This document shows positions 40,841 to 52,441 of a DNA stretch of 64,000 nucleotides, in pieces. The position numbers and the translations under genes were made by a program. A model generated the notes under the pieces. The model searched no databases. It saw nothing but the letters and a program-made list of their open reading frames with translations, and was not told where the DNA came from. The stretch comes from Naegleria gruberi (taxonomy: Eukaryota), in assembly GCA_000004985.1 (NCBI GenBank), contig GG738928.1; one strand, 5' to 3'. How positions within the stretch are numbered: position 1 is the first letter of the stretch; the number at the start of each line of letters is the position of its first letter.

Positions 40841-42274
40841 GTGTTAATAAATCAAGGAAGAAGGATGACTTATCACGAAAAGAAAGAAAGCAAAGGAATT
40901 AAATATTCCTTAATAAGCACCATCATGGTAATCATATTCATCATCATGATGGCAATGAACACTTTTGCTTACGGAAAAAAGGAAATATCAACCTCTTCAA
41001 CACCAAATACTAATATTTACTATTCATTATTGAATGAAAATGGTTCGATATCGACTAATGGAACCATAACTCCAAATCCTAGTACAGCAATGGATTGGTT
41101 CTGGGTTATTGTCAAGTCAATTTACTTTAATGCAATCATGAGTGGATTATTTGCAGGTGCTGTTACAATTTTTGTAACTGTAATTATTGAAAGATTTGGA
41201 CCTCAAATTGGAGGAGTTATTGCAACCTTGGTAAGTTTTATATGTGAAATGGTTCCAAAACTAATATATACGAAACAGCCAAGTGCTATCGTTCCAGCTC
41301 TAATTGGATTTGCATTCGATGCCAATAGAAATTATGAAACAGATGAGGAAAATAGAAGACACGTCCTAATTCAACAATTCTTCTCTGTTCCAATTGCTGT
41401 TTTCTGCAATATCACCATGATGGTTGTGTGGAAATATGGTCCAACTTTGTTGAATTGGATTATTTCCAAAATTCACAACAAGAAACAACATGTCAATAAT
41501 AAGGAAACTTTTAATTCTAGTGGACCAGCAGTATCCCTGGAAGATCACTTTAAGGAACATCATGATGATCATTTGGAATTGAAAGAAGTTGATTTGAATC
41601 ATGATAAAGAAAATCTGGTTGACCAAAAAGTGGAAGAAACAAAACCAAACAAGCACGAACTCTTGAAAAAGATTGGAAAGATGCTTATTGTTTGTTTCCT
41701 TTCCTTAATTGCTTGGTTTGTTGTAGCTGCAGTTTTTGTAGTTGTTACAAAAATTGTAAAATTATCGGATGACATTTTGATGGGTGTCAGTATGGGTTTC
41801 TATGGGTTGACCATAATTTCCAGTTTGATTTTCAATTGGAAACAGCCAACTACCAAACCAGGACCAGCCAAGAAAGTTGCTTGGTGGTTACTTTTGAGTA
41901 GAGGCATTTTGGCATGTGTCATTATCTGCATTTCAGTTTTGATGGGTGGCTTGAAATTGACATTTATTTCTGGCATGTTCTCAGTTTTTCCAGTAATCTC
42001 ACTTTCTTCCTTAATTTCCTTATGGTTATCTCAAGGAGAAATCCCAACCTCCAATGCATCTTCAACAATGATGGTTGGCAGTAATAGTTTACCAATTTTT
42101 GCTGCTGTCATGTGTGTTTGTTTGTGGTATATGAATATTGCGTTGGCTTTCTTGGTTGGATATGTTGCTTCTGCGTTGGTTGCTGTGTTGTGTTATGCTT
42201 ATTTGTGGTGGAGAAAGAAAGTTGCTCTCTCTTCTATGGTTGATGAAACGAAACTTGACGAAAGTAAACATTAA
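40841..42274 (+). CDS. Polytopic membrane protein (about 9-10 TM), unknown family
   Basis: 477-aa ORF with many hydrophobic helices and a central hydrophilic loop 'HVNNKETFNSSGPAVSLEDHFKEHHDDHLELKEVD'. Confidence 0.45.
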   Translation: MLINQGRRMTYHEKKESKGIKYSLISTIMVIIFIIMMAMNTFAYGKKEISTSSTPNTNIYYSLLNENGSISTNGTITPNPSTAMDWFWVIVKSIYFNAIMSGLFAGAVTIFVTVIIERFGPQIGGVIATLVSFICEMVPKLIYTKQPSAIVPALIGFAFDANRNYETDEENRRHVLIQQFFSVPIAVFCNITMMVVWKYGPTLLNWIISKIHNKKQHVNNKETFNSSGPAVSLEDHFKEHHDDHLELKEVDLNHDKENLVDQKVEETKPNKHELLKKIGKMLIVCFLSLIAWFVVAAVFVVVTKIVKLSDDILMGVSMGFYGLTIISSLIFNWKQPTTKPGPAKKVAWWLLLSRGILACVIICISVLMGGLKLTFISGMFSVFPVISLSSLISLWLSQGEIPTSNASSTMMVGSNSLPIFAAVMCVCLWYMNIALAFLVGYVASALVAVLCYAYLWWRKKVALSSMVDETKLDESKH

Positions 42275-43209
42275 TGTTGATTTATGAAATATTGAATAAA
42301 TACTTGTATTTGAAATTTCCAAATTGTAAACATTTACAAAGATGACAGCCATTTACAGTTGACTAAACAAGTTCAGTAGTGAGGACTTTTTTAGAGAGAA
42401 TCTGTCCATCACCCACAGGTATTCGAAATTATTTTTACAATTTAAAATTAAGTGTTGGTGATTTAACGGTTAGAATTTTTCAAACCTCACTACAATTTGT
42501 TATTCGAAAGTAGTCGAAGACCGAAATGGAGAGTAAGTTTTCTTTCTGGGGATTCTTTCTCAACGTTACCCTGAAATCTAATTTTGAAAATTGTTGAAGT
42601 TTCGTCGTCTATGAGTTGTATTGAAATAGCCATGCCGGTTGTAGATAAGTTTCGAATAGAAAAAAACAAAACAACTCTAAAACTAACACACAAGAAGATT
42701 CTTCTTAGGATTCTCTCTTACTGCGCATAAACATTACCTGTGAATTTTAAACTGAAATCACACACTACGTTATTGATTAACGAAACTAAACGAAACTCTA
42801 AAATGGTCACATCAGCTGCATTCAAATATACAAATTCATTTGCTAAGGCTTCTTTCAACAAGCTCTCCAAGTCCGCATTCAAGAATTCATCAGCATCTGC
42901 CTCAAGTCACAATTTTAAATCCCAACTTTCGAATTCAAATTTTACTAGCACTACCAGTTCACAACAACGAATCGAATCCAATTTTGATCTTTTCATTAGA
43001 GAAATGAATAGAAAATAAATATTTTTTGAAAATATCCTAAAATAGAAATTGATTTTTCAAAAATAGACGTCTATTGCTTGCTTTATTTGATAAATGAATC
43101 AGTAGGTGGCTCTTTCAATCATTTCTTATTGCAGTTCTATCATTAGAATGGAACATCAATATCATGGTAGTTTTGTTATGAATCGAATGAAATATTTAAT
43201 GGATGAAAG

Positions 43210-44163
43210 CTATCTCAAAATTGTGAGCATATTTCCAAATCCAACGTACATTAATCCTGACTTGTCATCTATACACAATCCAGAACATGATCCATCATGC
43301 TTTCCCAGAAATTCTCCAGTATTCTTAACTGCATAGACTCCTTGAAATCCAGAGAAATAGAGGTTACCTGAAACCTTGTCCATAAAAAGTCCATCTGTTG
43401 TCCCCAAACTAATTTCATGTTGTTTTCCAATCCAATCTCCATTCACGTACTCGTATCTGTTAAGGCTACCAGCCAAGAAATAAATTGCATTCTTATTCGT
43501 ACGATCCACTTCAATGCATCCACTAACGAAATTATCATTTTCCAGAGGAATTCCAGTATCTGCTACCATTCCAAATGCAGAGTCTATAAAATGAATATGG
43601 GTTTGGGAAAGAACTATAACTAAACGCCTTCCATCTAAATTCATCCAATTTACCGTATCACAAATAAATCCTCCATGATCTGGAATAGAATAATTCCACA
43701 ATGGTTTACACTCTTCCTTCTCATGAATAAACCTCTTCAAATCATACTTGCTCACCACTCCCATCCTATTCGTCAATAATGCATCATTTCCCAAACCATC
43801 ATAATCCTCTTCAATCGTAAAATACAAACAATCAGTCTTGATCCTCGTTCTGATCTGATGTGTCGAATAATCAATCACTAAAAAAGCCGAATCAGTCAAG
43901 GCTAAAATACACGAACAAGTACTCGATATTCTGACATCATATATTTCTTTATCGGGAGAACAATCAATCTCTCCCTCCCATTCAAACTTGTTGGAAAAGG
44001 CTAGCCTATTCTTTGATCGTAATTTTTGTTTCAACATTCCAAAATTACAAGTTAAGGAATTGTTGTCGGTGTCTTGATCATCAAAATGGTGCTGATGTAC
44101 TGTATTGAATTTGATACGGAAATCAAAGAGTGTGAGGGTTACTGCCGATTCATCTTGAGCCAT
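43210..44163 (-). CDS. Hypothetical protein (317 aa), possibly beta-propeller
   Basis: Long ORF on the minus strand with coding-like composition and no recognised motifs. Confidence 0.4.
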   Translation of the reverse strand: MAQDESAVTLTLFDFRIKFNTVHQHHFDDQDTDNNSLTCNFGMLKQKLRSKNRLAFSNKFEWEGEIDCSPDKEIYDVRISSTCSCILALTDSAFLVIDYSTHQIRTRIKTDCLYFTIEEDYDGLGNDALLTNRMGVVSKYDLKRFIHEKEECKPLWNYSIPDHGGFICDTVNWMNLDGRRLVIVLSQTHIHFIDSAFGMVADTGIPLENDNFVSGCIEVDRTNKNAIYFLAGSLNRYEYVNGDWIGKQHEISLGTTDGLFMDKVSGNLYFSGFQGVYAVKNTGEFLGKHDGSCSGLCIDDKSGLMYVGFGNMLTILR

Positions 44164-44276
44164 TTTTTTTAAATAATTTTTTAAAGTTTTTATTTAATCA
44201 TGAATTGTAAACTGGTATTTAAATATTGAACCCACTTTACAAAAACTGAAACTTTTTCAGAATTGAACAAGAAAAA

Positions 44277-46373
44277 ATGCAACAACTCGATGATATCGAA
44301 CCTGGTCCTGTCCACAACGTGTCCGACTTGATCCAATTCATCTCCAACTGTGATCAAATCATTCACCACCACCCGAAGCCACTTTATCACTCCTACCAAC
44401 ATTTCGATGGTGATGATGAAGAATTTAGGTGTGATTTTTTATTGATTGGTTCCCGTGCATTGAATGATCATTGGAAAAAGGCAAATAATTTATCATCATC
44501 ATCGGAAGAAGAAGAACCATCAAGATGGTCATGGACACAGAAGGTTATGAAGAAATGGTCCGATGAGAGATTTAATAGAAAATCCGCCGATTGGGATTTA
44601 ATTTGTCTGAACAGGGATGCACTTGTGAATTTGTTAAAATCGAAGGAATTTAAAGAAATTTCTCTAAATTATGCCCATCATGTCCATTTGAAAAAGAAGA
44701 ATATTTCAAATAGATATGAAAGCTCTGATTTTTATGATTGGGTTCTTGGTGGTGGACAGGCAAGGAGATGGATTGAATTTTCTATTCGATTGGAACAATT
44801 TGATGGTGAAATTATTGAAATTGAGTATTGTACAGATAGATATCACTTGTTGAAATATTTGGAAATGAGGGAAGTGTCTCGATTGGATATTCTTCCTTCA
44901 TCACTGATTGACTCTTTTTCATGTGAAATAGCTCCATTACAATTATTGGAAATTATCAAGAAATCACATTTACAATTCAATATTGATGACGATAATTGGA
45001 CGAAACACATTCTCGATATAGAGTTAATTCATCTCATTCTACCAACATCAGAGCAATATCATGAAAAATCACTTCGCAATTCAATTTATGATTTGGCAGG
45101 GCTGGTGCATTATGATCGTCTCACGAAACGAATTGTGAAATATTTGCACGATGAGGGAGATTCTGATTTTGCTTCCAATTTCAATATGTTCATGTTTTCC
45201 AGTACTAAGGATGATATCTATGATGTGGTTAGTCCACTCAATGAGGAAATGTTGTATAGTGCATTTGGAGTTTCGTCCATCTCAATGAAACCCTATCATA
45301 TACAGAATAATTTGAACTCTTTAAGGTTTATTTCACAACAAGTTGCGGCCAATTTACTTTCATCAGTTGTGCATGCAATAGATTCGAATGAATTGGAGAA
45401 ATTAGTTTTCAAATCAATGAAGAATGCTATAGAACAAAATATTGATACTTTTCTGTTTGGGATCATGAGGGATAATTTTATGAAATTGTCTGAAATGGTT
45501 TTTGACATGCTGAATCAACCACTAATTTTCAAGAAATTATTCGAAACAAAAGCTGAAATGAACCAATTCAGATTTAAGAATGCTCCAATTGACTTTGAAA
45601 ATGTGAAGGAAATTTCAAATAAGGAAGGTGCCACTCTCTCACATCATTATCTTCCAATTGAAATTGTCATGACAATTGCATCATATATACCAAAGGCAAT
45701 TGATTTAACAAATTTAATGAGATTAGACAAGAGTTGGAATAATGTATTTGAATCTAATGACGTTTGGAAGTATCTTTGCTATTGTAGATATCCAAAACCA
45801 GCTCACTACTCTCTAGAAAATGATTCTTTCCAAGTAGATGATTGGAAATATTATGTTCTTTCCAGATCCATGTTTGAAAGAGTTCAGTTTCCAACTATTA
45901 AGGGATTGGACTGTCTTTTGAATGCTTTCAGAGTAAAGTTTATTGACAAATCAACAATATTCAAGCAATTTGTCAATGATTTCTTTACTAACACTTACAT
46001 AGCCACCAAGACATTGAATGATGACAAGATGAATGAATATAACACCATGAAGGCCACCTTAATAACATACTGGCCTTGTCAGTCTCCTCTCAAATATGAT
46101 ATAGAAATAGTTTTGGATTTAGCTGAATACAGAAGTGGGGATAGTAAAGGTGGAAGTAGAAGTACAGTGAGTGGAAAGTTGCACAACTCTGAACACTTTT
46201 CAAATCCTTTAAGACTTGTCAAATTCAATAAGGCACAAAATTTCATTGGAAAGTACTATCTCCAAAACATGAACCCCGATCAATATGCATCTCTTTTTAC
46301 TACCTTATTGGTTCTTGGATTGGGAGATAATGAATTCATTAGAACAGTGTTCGGCTATGGGTGGTCCAAATAA
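44277..46373 (+). CDS. Hypothetical 698-aa protein with internal F-box-like motif
   Basis: 'LPIEIVMTIASYIPKAIDLTNLMRLDKSWNNVFESNDVWKYL' is F-box-like. The rest is unassigned. Confidence 0.45.
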   Translation: MQQLDDIEPGPVHNVSDLIQFISNCDQIIHHHPKPLYHSYQHFDGDDEEFRCDFLLIGSRALNDHWKKANNLSSSSEEEEPSRWSWTQKVMKKWSDERFNRKSADWDLICLNRDALVNLLKSKEFKEISLNYAHHVHLKKKNISNRYESSDFYDWVLGGGQARRWIEFSIRLEQFDGEIIEIEYCTDRYHLLKYLEMREVSRLDILPSSLIDSFSCEIAPLQLLEIIKKSHLQFNIDDDNWTKHILDIELIHLILPTSEQYHEKSLRNSIYDLAGLVHYDRLTKRIVKYLHDEGDSDFASNFNMFMFSSTKDDIYDVVSPLNEEMLYSAFGVSSISMKPYHIQNNLNSLRFISQQVAANLLSSVVHAIDSNELEKLVFKSMKNAIEQNIDTFLFGIMRDNFMKLSEMVFDMLNQPLIFKKLFETKAEMNQFRFKNAPIDFENVKEISNKEGATLSHHYLPIEIVMTIASYIPKAIDLTNLMRLDKSWNNVFESNDVWKYLCYCRYPKPAHYSLENDSFQVDDWKYYVLSRSMFERVQFPTIKGLDCLLNAFRVKFIDKSTIFKQFVNDFFTNTYIATKTLNDDKMNEYNTMKATLITYWPCQSPLKYDIEIVLDLAEYRSGDSKGGSRSTVSGKLHNSEHFSNPLRLVKFNKAQNFIGKYYLQNMNPDQYASLFTTLLVLGLGDNEFIRTVFGYGWSK

Positions 46374-46387
46374 TTGGTGTTTAATCA

Positions 46388-46870
46388 TTGTTCGAATGCT
46401 TTCTGCTCTACTTTTGGAATTGGTTTGGTAGGATCTGTGGTGATGGTGGTCTGGCAACAGATGCCAAACTCTATCAACCAACTGGAATTGCTTTCAATTC
46501 AGATGGTGAGCTATTCATTTCTGATAACAATTCCACAAAATTCTGGTCTTTAACAATGTTCCTGTTCAACTCTATCAACCAACTGGAATTGCTTTCAATT
46601 CAACCAAATTATTCAATCCTTCAATTGTAAGGGAATTATCAATAGCAATGTTGGTGTTTGTTCTGGAAGAGGTCAATGCTCAGCACCTGACACTTGTAAA
46701 TGTTCTGGAAATGCCTATGGACCTAATTGTGAGCTTGTTCCTGCCACTTCAACATTCAATGCAGTTCCAACACCTTCTCATTCTGCCAGATTGAATCAAG
46801 GAATGTCAATTAGAGGAGATTCACTCTTGTGTTTGCTTACTTGTTATCTCGCATTAATTTGTGAATTGCA
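46388..46870 (+). pseudogene. Degenerate partial copy of the NHL/EGF gene (one NHL unit, one EGF unit and hydrophobic tail) with frame disruptions
   Basis: 'GDGGLATDAKLYQPTGIAFNSDGELFISDNN' is an NHL unit. 'CKGIINSNVGVCSGRGQCSAPDTCKCSGNAYGPNCELV' matches 'CKGIASTDSSVCSGSGQCIAHDTCKCSGKAYGANCELV' of 27096..29594. A hydrophobic tail 'LLCLLTCYLALICEL' follows. The pieces lie in different frames. Confidence 0.6.
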
Positions 46871-47189
46871 AATAAACTACTGAGCTAAATTTGAACGAAA
46901 GTTATTCAGTTAGAAATTCATCTTACTTGATGCTTGTCATCACTTCATTGCTACTTGTTCTGGCCTTTAACAACTATGTTACACCAGAACTTTTTTACAA
47001 GTTTTCATTGTAAACAATTTCAAATAATATTATTAGCAACGCTTCAAGTTCAGAAATGATTCAAAGAACTTCAACTCCTAAAAATAAGTTTAAAAAAACC
47101 AAAAATTTCAAAATCAAAAAAAATCATCACATCACGTGAAAATTAAATTCAAATAATAATAACAATTAATAACCAGTACAATAATACAA

Positions 47190-47913
47190 ATGGCCAAAGG
47201 AGGAAAAACAGCAGCTAGTGTAAAGAAGGGATCATCATCTGGAGGTTCTCTAGAATACAATCCGAAGAAAAATCTTGTAGAAATAATTCCTGGAGTTGTT
47301 GGGCCGGTTTTACTGCCCACTTTACCAACACCAGGAACACCATTGAATACAAACTATGCAGGACCAACAGATTATTCAAATTGGCTGATACCACATCATA
47401 TTTGTGTCGGAGGATATCCAAGATCAAAGGAAGTTGATAGTATTGTATCGAGTGGAGTGACAACTTTTGTTAATTTAGTGGAGGAAGATGAACAATTGAG
47501 ATGTGGACCATTCTATTTTGCAAATGCATTGAAAAAGACAACAAGATCTAAATTGAATTATGTTACATTTCCAATAAGAGATAAGAATATTGCTGAAGAT
47601 GACAAAGTGACGGAATTAGTGACATTGTTAGCTCAATTGGTGAATAGAGGTGAAGTTTTATACGTTCACTGTGTTGGGTAAGTACTATACTATATGTTTC
47701 GAATATATATTGAACTCAATATTTAACAGAGGACATGGAAGAACAGGAACAGTCGCAGCCATTCTCCTTGGTCAACTCTTCAATATTTCAGCCTATGACA
47801 GTTTAAAGTGGGTTCAACTTTTCCATGACGAACGAAAAGTAACAAATGGAAGAAAGAGTCCAGAGTCAACCGTTCAAAGAGATCAAGTTTTCAGACTTTT
47901 ATCAAAGAAATAA
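47190..47913 (+). CDS. Dual-specificity/PTP-like phosphatase, 2 exons: about join(47190..47678,47731..47913); coordinates +/-1-2
   Basis: The splice across a ~52-bp GTAAGT...TTTAACAG intron restores the P-loop 'VHCVG|GHGRTGT' (HCxxGxxRT). My base count differs by 1 from the ORF track in this stretch. Confidence 0.6.
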
Positions 47914-47962
47914 AAAAACAAGGCTTTGAGAATTTAAGCGCCAAAAAAAACCTTAAAAAAAA

Positions 47963-50940
47963 ATGTCAAACAATCATCCACTCAACTTGTTCTCGGCTGA
48001 TTTGTATTCATCTGATGAGGATGAAGATTTGATTCAGAATGGTGGCGATCAGCATGGTAGTATGATGATGAGGATGGAAAATGGTGGTGCTTTGGATAGA
48101 TCCTTTGGGAGAGGAGGAGGACAACCTCAACAATCAACATCACATTTGAATCAATTGAATGATTCTTCTTTCGTTTCGGTAGCCTCTACTGGTGGAGCTT
48201 CTTCTTCTCTCAGTGTTGGTACTCCTGCAAGGAACACTGTTCGTAGTACTGATGCTAATAATGATGAAGATGAAGAAGCCTTAGAGAATGAGACTCCAGT
48301 GATACTCTCGTTGTGTTATCAGAGAGGAAGACTTGGCGTTGCTGCTTTTGATATGAATTCAGGTGAATTATTGTGTGGAGAAACCAATGAGAATACTCTC
48401 TTTGAAGCAACAGAATTCGGTATGTTTCTTATTGTTCAAATATTATTGAATTGGTCGAATTGATGATGAACAGTCAAATTTGAAGTAAAGCCTAATTTAA
48501 TTCTTGTTCCTTCCCGACTGGAACAATCCTTCATGAAACATGTTAAAAAGCCAATCGAAGGAGCAAAAGAGCAACAAATTGAAGTCAAGCTACTCAAGTC
48601 TTCTGATTTTAGTGCTGAGAATGCCACCAAGAAGATTCAATTATTAGAGAATGTATTACTCGGTAATCAAAATGATAGAATGATGACAGATGAGGAACCC
48701 TCCACTCCCATTCTTAACAATGGACCAGCATTTCTTAAACAAGCAAATAGATTAAGGCAAGTCAGTGAGAAGAATGATAACATGTTTGATTTTTCCTCAC
48801 TCTACGTTGAGGAGAATACACAGACAGTGAGAGCTTTGGGAGGATTATTGTGTCATATTCAAACCAATAGACTCTCTTTTGGTGAGCTTGATGATATTGA
48901 AGTCTTAAAGAACATCAAGAATATCAAAAATTTCAAGTTGTAAGTTGGTCAATTCACAGATATTACAAACTCATATGAAGTGAAGGATTTGTACAATTAG
49001 ATTTGAATACGTTGAAGGCTCTGTCAATATTTAGTTGTAAGTAGATTTTCAAATCAAAATTCTCATGCTCATGTTGTCACAGTGGAATCACATCCTTCAA
49101 GTTCTCTCGGTAAGCCAAAGGAAGGATTGTCATTATTTGGTATTATGAATAAGACAAAATCATCTGTTGGTAAAGATCTTCTTCGTCAATGGTTTTTGAA
49201 ACCAGTAATGGACTTGGATATTATCAAGAAGCGTCATGATGCCATAGATTATTTTAGCAGATTCTCAGATGATATTATTGACGAAATAAGGGAAAATCTC
49301 AAATTTGTTAAAAACACCAAACGTATCATCAACAGAATGAGAGAAGCAAAAGCAACAGTGAATGATTGGAGTAATCTCTACAAGACCTTGTACTGTTACA
49401 AGAATATTACTGAAATTCTGTCAGAAATGGATGATAATCCTTCCGTAGAAGTAGCCCAAGACTTGCTTAACCACGACAATGAGTCTATCATGAAAGTATT
49501 ACAAGCAATATCAAAAATTGTCGATCTCAAAGAGTCAAGAAGTCAAAACAGATTGGTCATAATGACAGGAGTCAACTCTGAACTTGATAATAGAAGACAA
49601 ACATATGAATCGTTAGATACATTCCTTGATCTGGTTGCTCAACAAGAATCCAACTCATTTCCTGAGGATTTCCCCTTCTCATTCAAGGCAGTGTACTACC
49701 CTCAACTTGGATTCCTTCTTGTGGTTGATAAGAATGAAACCTCTGAGAATTATTCAGAGTATGCTCAGTATGGGCTACGTTTTCATTTTTCCTCAGATCG
49801 TTCCTTGTACTTTAAAAACGACACAACTGATGAGCTGGACACAGAGGTTGGAGATATACACCACTTGATTATTGAACAAGAAACCTCCATTTCAGTTAAA
49901 TTGGAAAAATATGTGCTTCAATACCATGACCAAATTAACAAATCCAATGATCTTTGTGCCAAACTTGATTGTATCATTTCTATGGCTAATTGTGCCAGTG
50001 AGTTCAACCTATCAAGACCAGTAATGACCAACGAGAGTAAGCTCAATATTAGGGAAGGTAAGAATATTCTCCAAGAGTTAACAGTAGATACTTTCATTCC
50101 CAACGACACAAATATATCTGAATGTATTCAAATTATTACTGGTCCAAATAATTCTGGTAAATCTTGTTATTTGAAACAAGTAGGTTTAATTGTATTCATG
50201 GCTCATATTGGATCATTTGTGTCAGCATCTCCAGAATCAGTAATAGGAGTTGTAGATAGAATAATGACAAGAATTCAATCACAAGATAGTATCAGTGTTA
50301 GTCAATCCACTTTTGCCATTGATGTACTCCAAATGAAGGCCATGGTTGACTTTGCTTCTTCAAGATCTCTTCTCCTCATTGGTAAGTTTTTCAAACGCAC
50401 TTAATTCCAATAATATTATCAAAAGATGAATTTGGAAAAGGTACTTTGGCACTGGATGGAATAGCTCTCTTATCAGCAATCCTCAAACATTTCCAAGAAA
50501 GAGAACATGTACCGAGAGTGATTGTCACTACTCACTATGTTGAAGTGCTTCAACACAAAATCATTGATGTAAACTCAACATCTATTCAATTCATGACCAT
50601 GGATGTATTGATTGATTCAGTCAATGAATTGCCAAATGATATGGAAGATGAACACTTTGTGGTTCCAAGTGCTGAGGATTTAGTGTTTTTGTACAAATTG
50701 ACACGTGGTAAAATAATCCCAAGTTACGGCATAACTGTTGCCTCACTCGCTGGTCTTCCAAACCAAATTATTGAGAGAGCAAAATTTGTTGCCGAAAGGT
50801 TATCCAAATCAAAACCTATTGAAGCTGTAAAAGACAATGAGAAGGGAAAACTGTTCTATGAATTGTATGACCGTTTCAGAAAGTGTGACGGTTCTGAAGA
50901 GAGTATCAAGCAACTCTTCAACTTTGTCAAGTCAATTTGA
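47963..50940 (+). CDS. MSH5: MutS homolog 5 (MSH5, meiosis-specific), 5 exons: join(47963..48419,48474..48939,48981..49036,49083..50381,50426..50940)
   Basis: Walker A 'IITGPNNSGKSCYLKQVGLIVFMAHIGSFV' and 'DEFGKGT' are split by an intron. N-terminal 'ILSLCYQRGRLGVAAFDMNSGEL' and 'SESHPS...EGLSLFGIMNK' are collinear with MSH5. Introns are 54, 41, 46 and 44 bp, and exon 3 is a 56-nt microexon. Confidence 0.8.
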
Positions 50941-51141
50941 GCATAATATTTTTTCATTCTATTAAGCAGCTTTTTTGGTGACTGAAAAATATTGAATACA
51001 TCTTTCAATGATATAACTCTCCACTTTCTCTAGAGTCATATTTGCCAAATGTGCACCTTTCAATCTGTAATTGTTCATTTCTTTGAGATTGCTTAATAAG
51101 GGTTATAATTTTGGAAAAGTTCATCGACACAATAAAAAAAA

Positions 51142-51894
51142 ATGACTGGCAATCAAGGTCCACCATTCGACAGATCCCAAGATCCTCAGAATGGACTCAT
51201 CTACCCAACATTCTTTTGGTGCCACTATTGTCAAGAAAATCCAAGTGGAAGTGGCTGGCGTTATTCCTACGAAATGACCAACTTTGTTTGTATTCCCTTA
51301 ATATTTAATTATTAACAAGTTCATGATGATTCATTTACAACAATACTTATTACTGATGTGGTGAATGTACAGAGACCACGTATTACTTGCAAAGGGGATT
51401 TGATTGGCTTGGAACAAACCTACAATGTTGATTTATCATTTGCATCACACGGTACTGATGTTTCTGATATTTCAGAGTGTTGCAATGTCTGGTTTGGTTA
51501 TCCACATAATTCACTATTCGAACATGCAGTAGATGGTAACTTGACTGCCTTAAAGAAATGTTTAGAAAATACTAATAACAGTCATGATATCAATGAAAAA
51601 CTCCAATTCGGTGATGAATGGACTCCTTTACATGGTGCAGTCGTTTACAATCAATTGGAAATTGTTGAACATTTGTTAAAACATGGTGCTGATTATACAA
51701 TTACCGATAAAAGAGGAAGATCGTGTCTCACCTTGGCTAGGATTTTGAATTTTACACAATGTGTTACCATGTTGAAGAAATATGTTAGTTCTGATTATTT
51801 ACAAAATCAATATCAAAATGAATTAGCAGAAAATGAACGTCAACTTGCTCAAACAAGATCAGAACTTATTACAAGTTATGGAATGAATGCATAA
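51142..51894 (+). CDS. Ankyrin-repeat protein, 2 exons: join(51142..51285,51373..51894)
   Basis: 'GDEWTPLHGAVVYNQLEIVEHLLKHGADYTITDKRGRSCLTLA' are ankyrin repeats. An 87-bp intron GTTTGT...TGTACAG links a 48-codon first exon in phase 0. The first exon is tentative. Confidence 0.5.
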
Positions 51895-52441
51895 ATTTAT
51901 TATTTGATAGTAATTCAATTATTAAATTCAATTATTCAAAATTCAATTTGCACTAATTCAAATTTAAAAAAATGCAAGTAAAGGTTGAATTTAGGTAAGA
52001 GGATAATTTCATAGTACTGATATCATCAAATCTTCGGAATAGTGGTGGATGCGAATTACTTTTCGATAATCAAACTTCAATGAATTTGGAAGTTGAAGAA
52101 GGATTGACAATGCAACAATTAATTCTCTTGTTGAAAGAAAAGCACTTGAAAGAAAAACCAGAACTTTTCATCAATAACGAAAATACATCAGTGTAAGGAT
52201 CATCACAGTGATTAGATATATTATAATATTATTTTTTTAATTATTACATCAACAATATTCATAACGATCAACATCTTCATCATACCAATAATCATCATTA
52301 TCAAATAATTTAAATAATTTAGGAGACCTGGTATTTTAGTAATTATTAATGATACTGATTGGGAATTATTGGACGAATTAAGTTACAAGATTCAAGCCAA
52401 AGATAACATTGTTTTCATTTCAACTCTTCACGGAGGATAAT

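Noticed and set aside
42490-43018. Small ORFs (67 and 92 aa) in the spacer after the polytopic membrane gene
   Set aside because: They are short, low-complexity, and lack motifs. They could be UTRs. No ncRNA signature (snRNA or 5S conserved boxes) was recognisable by eye.
51111-51308. 65-aa ORF 'MEKFIDTIKKNDWQSRSTIRQ...'
   Set aside because: It is in a different frame from the better-supported first exon of the ankyrin gene (51142..51285). It has no motif and lacks a splice path.
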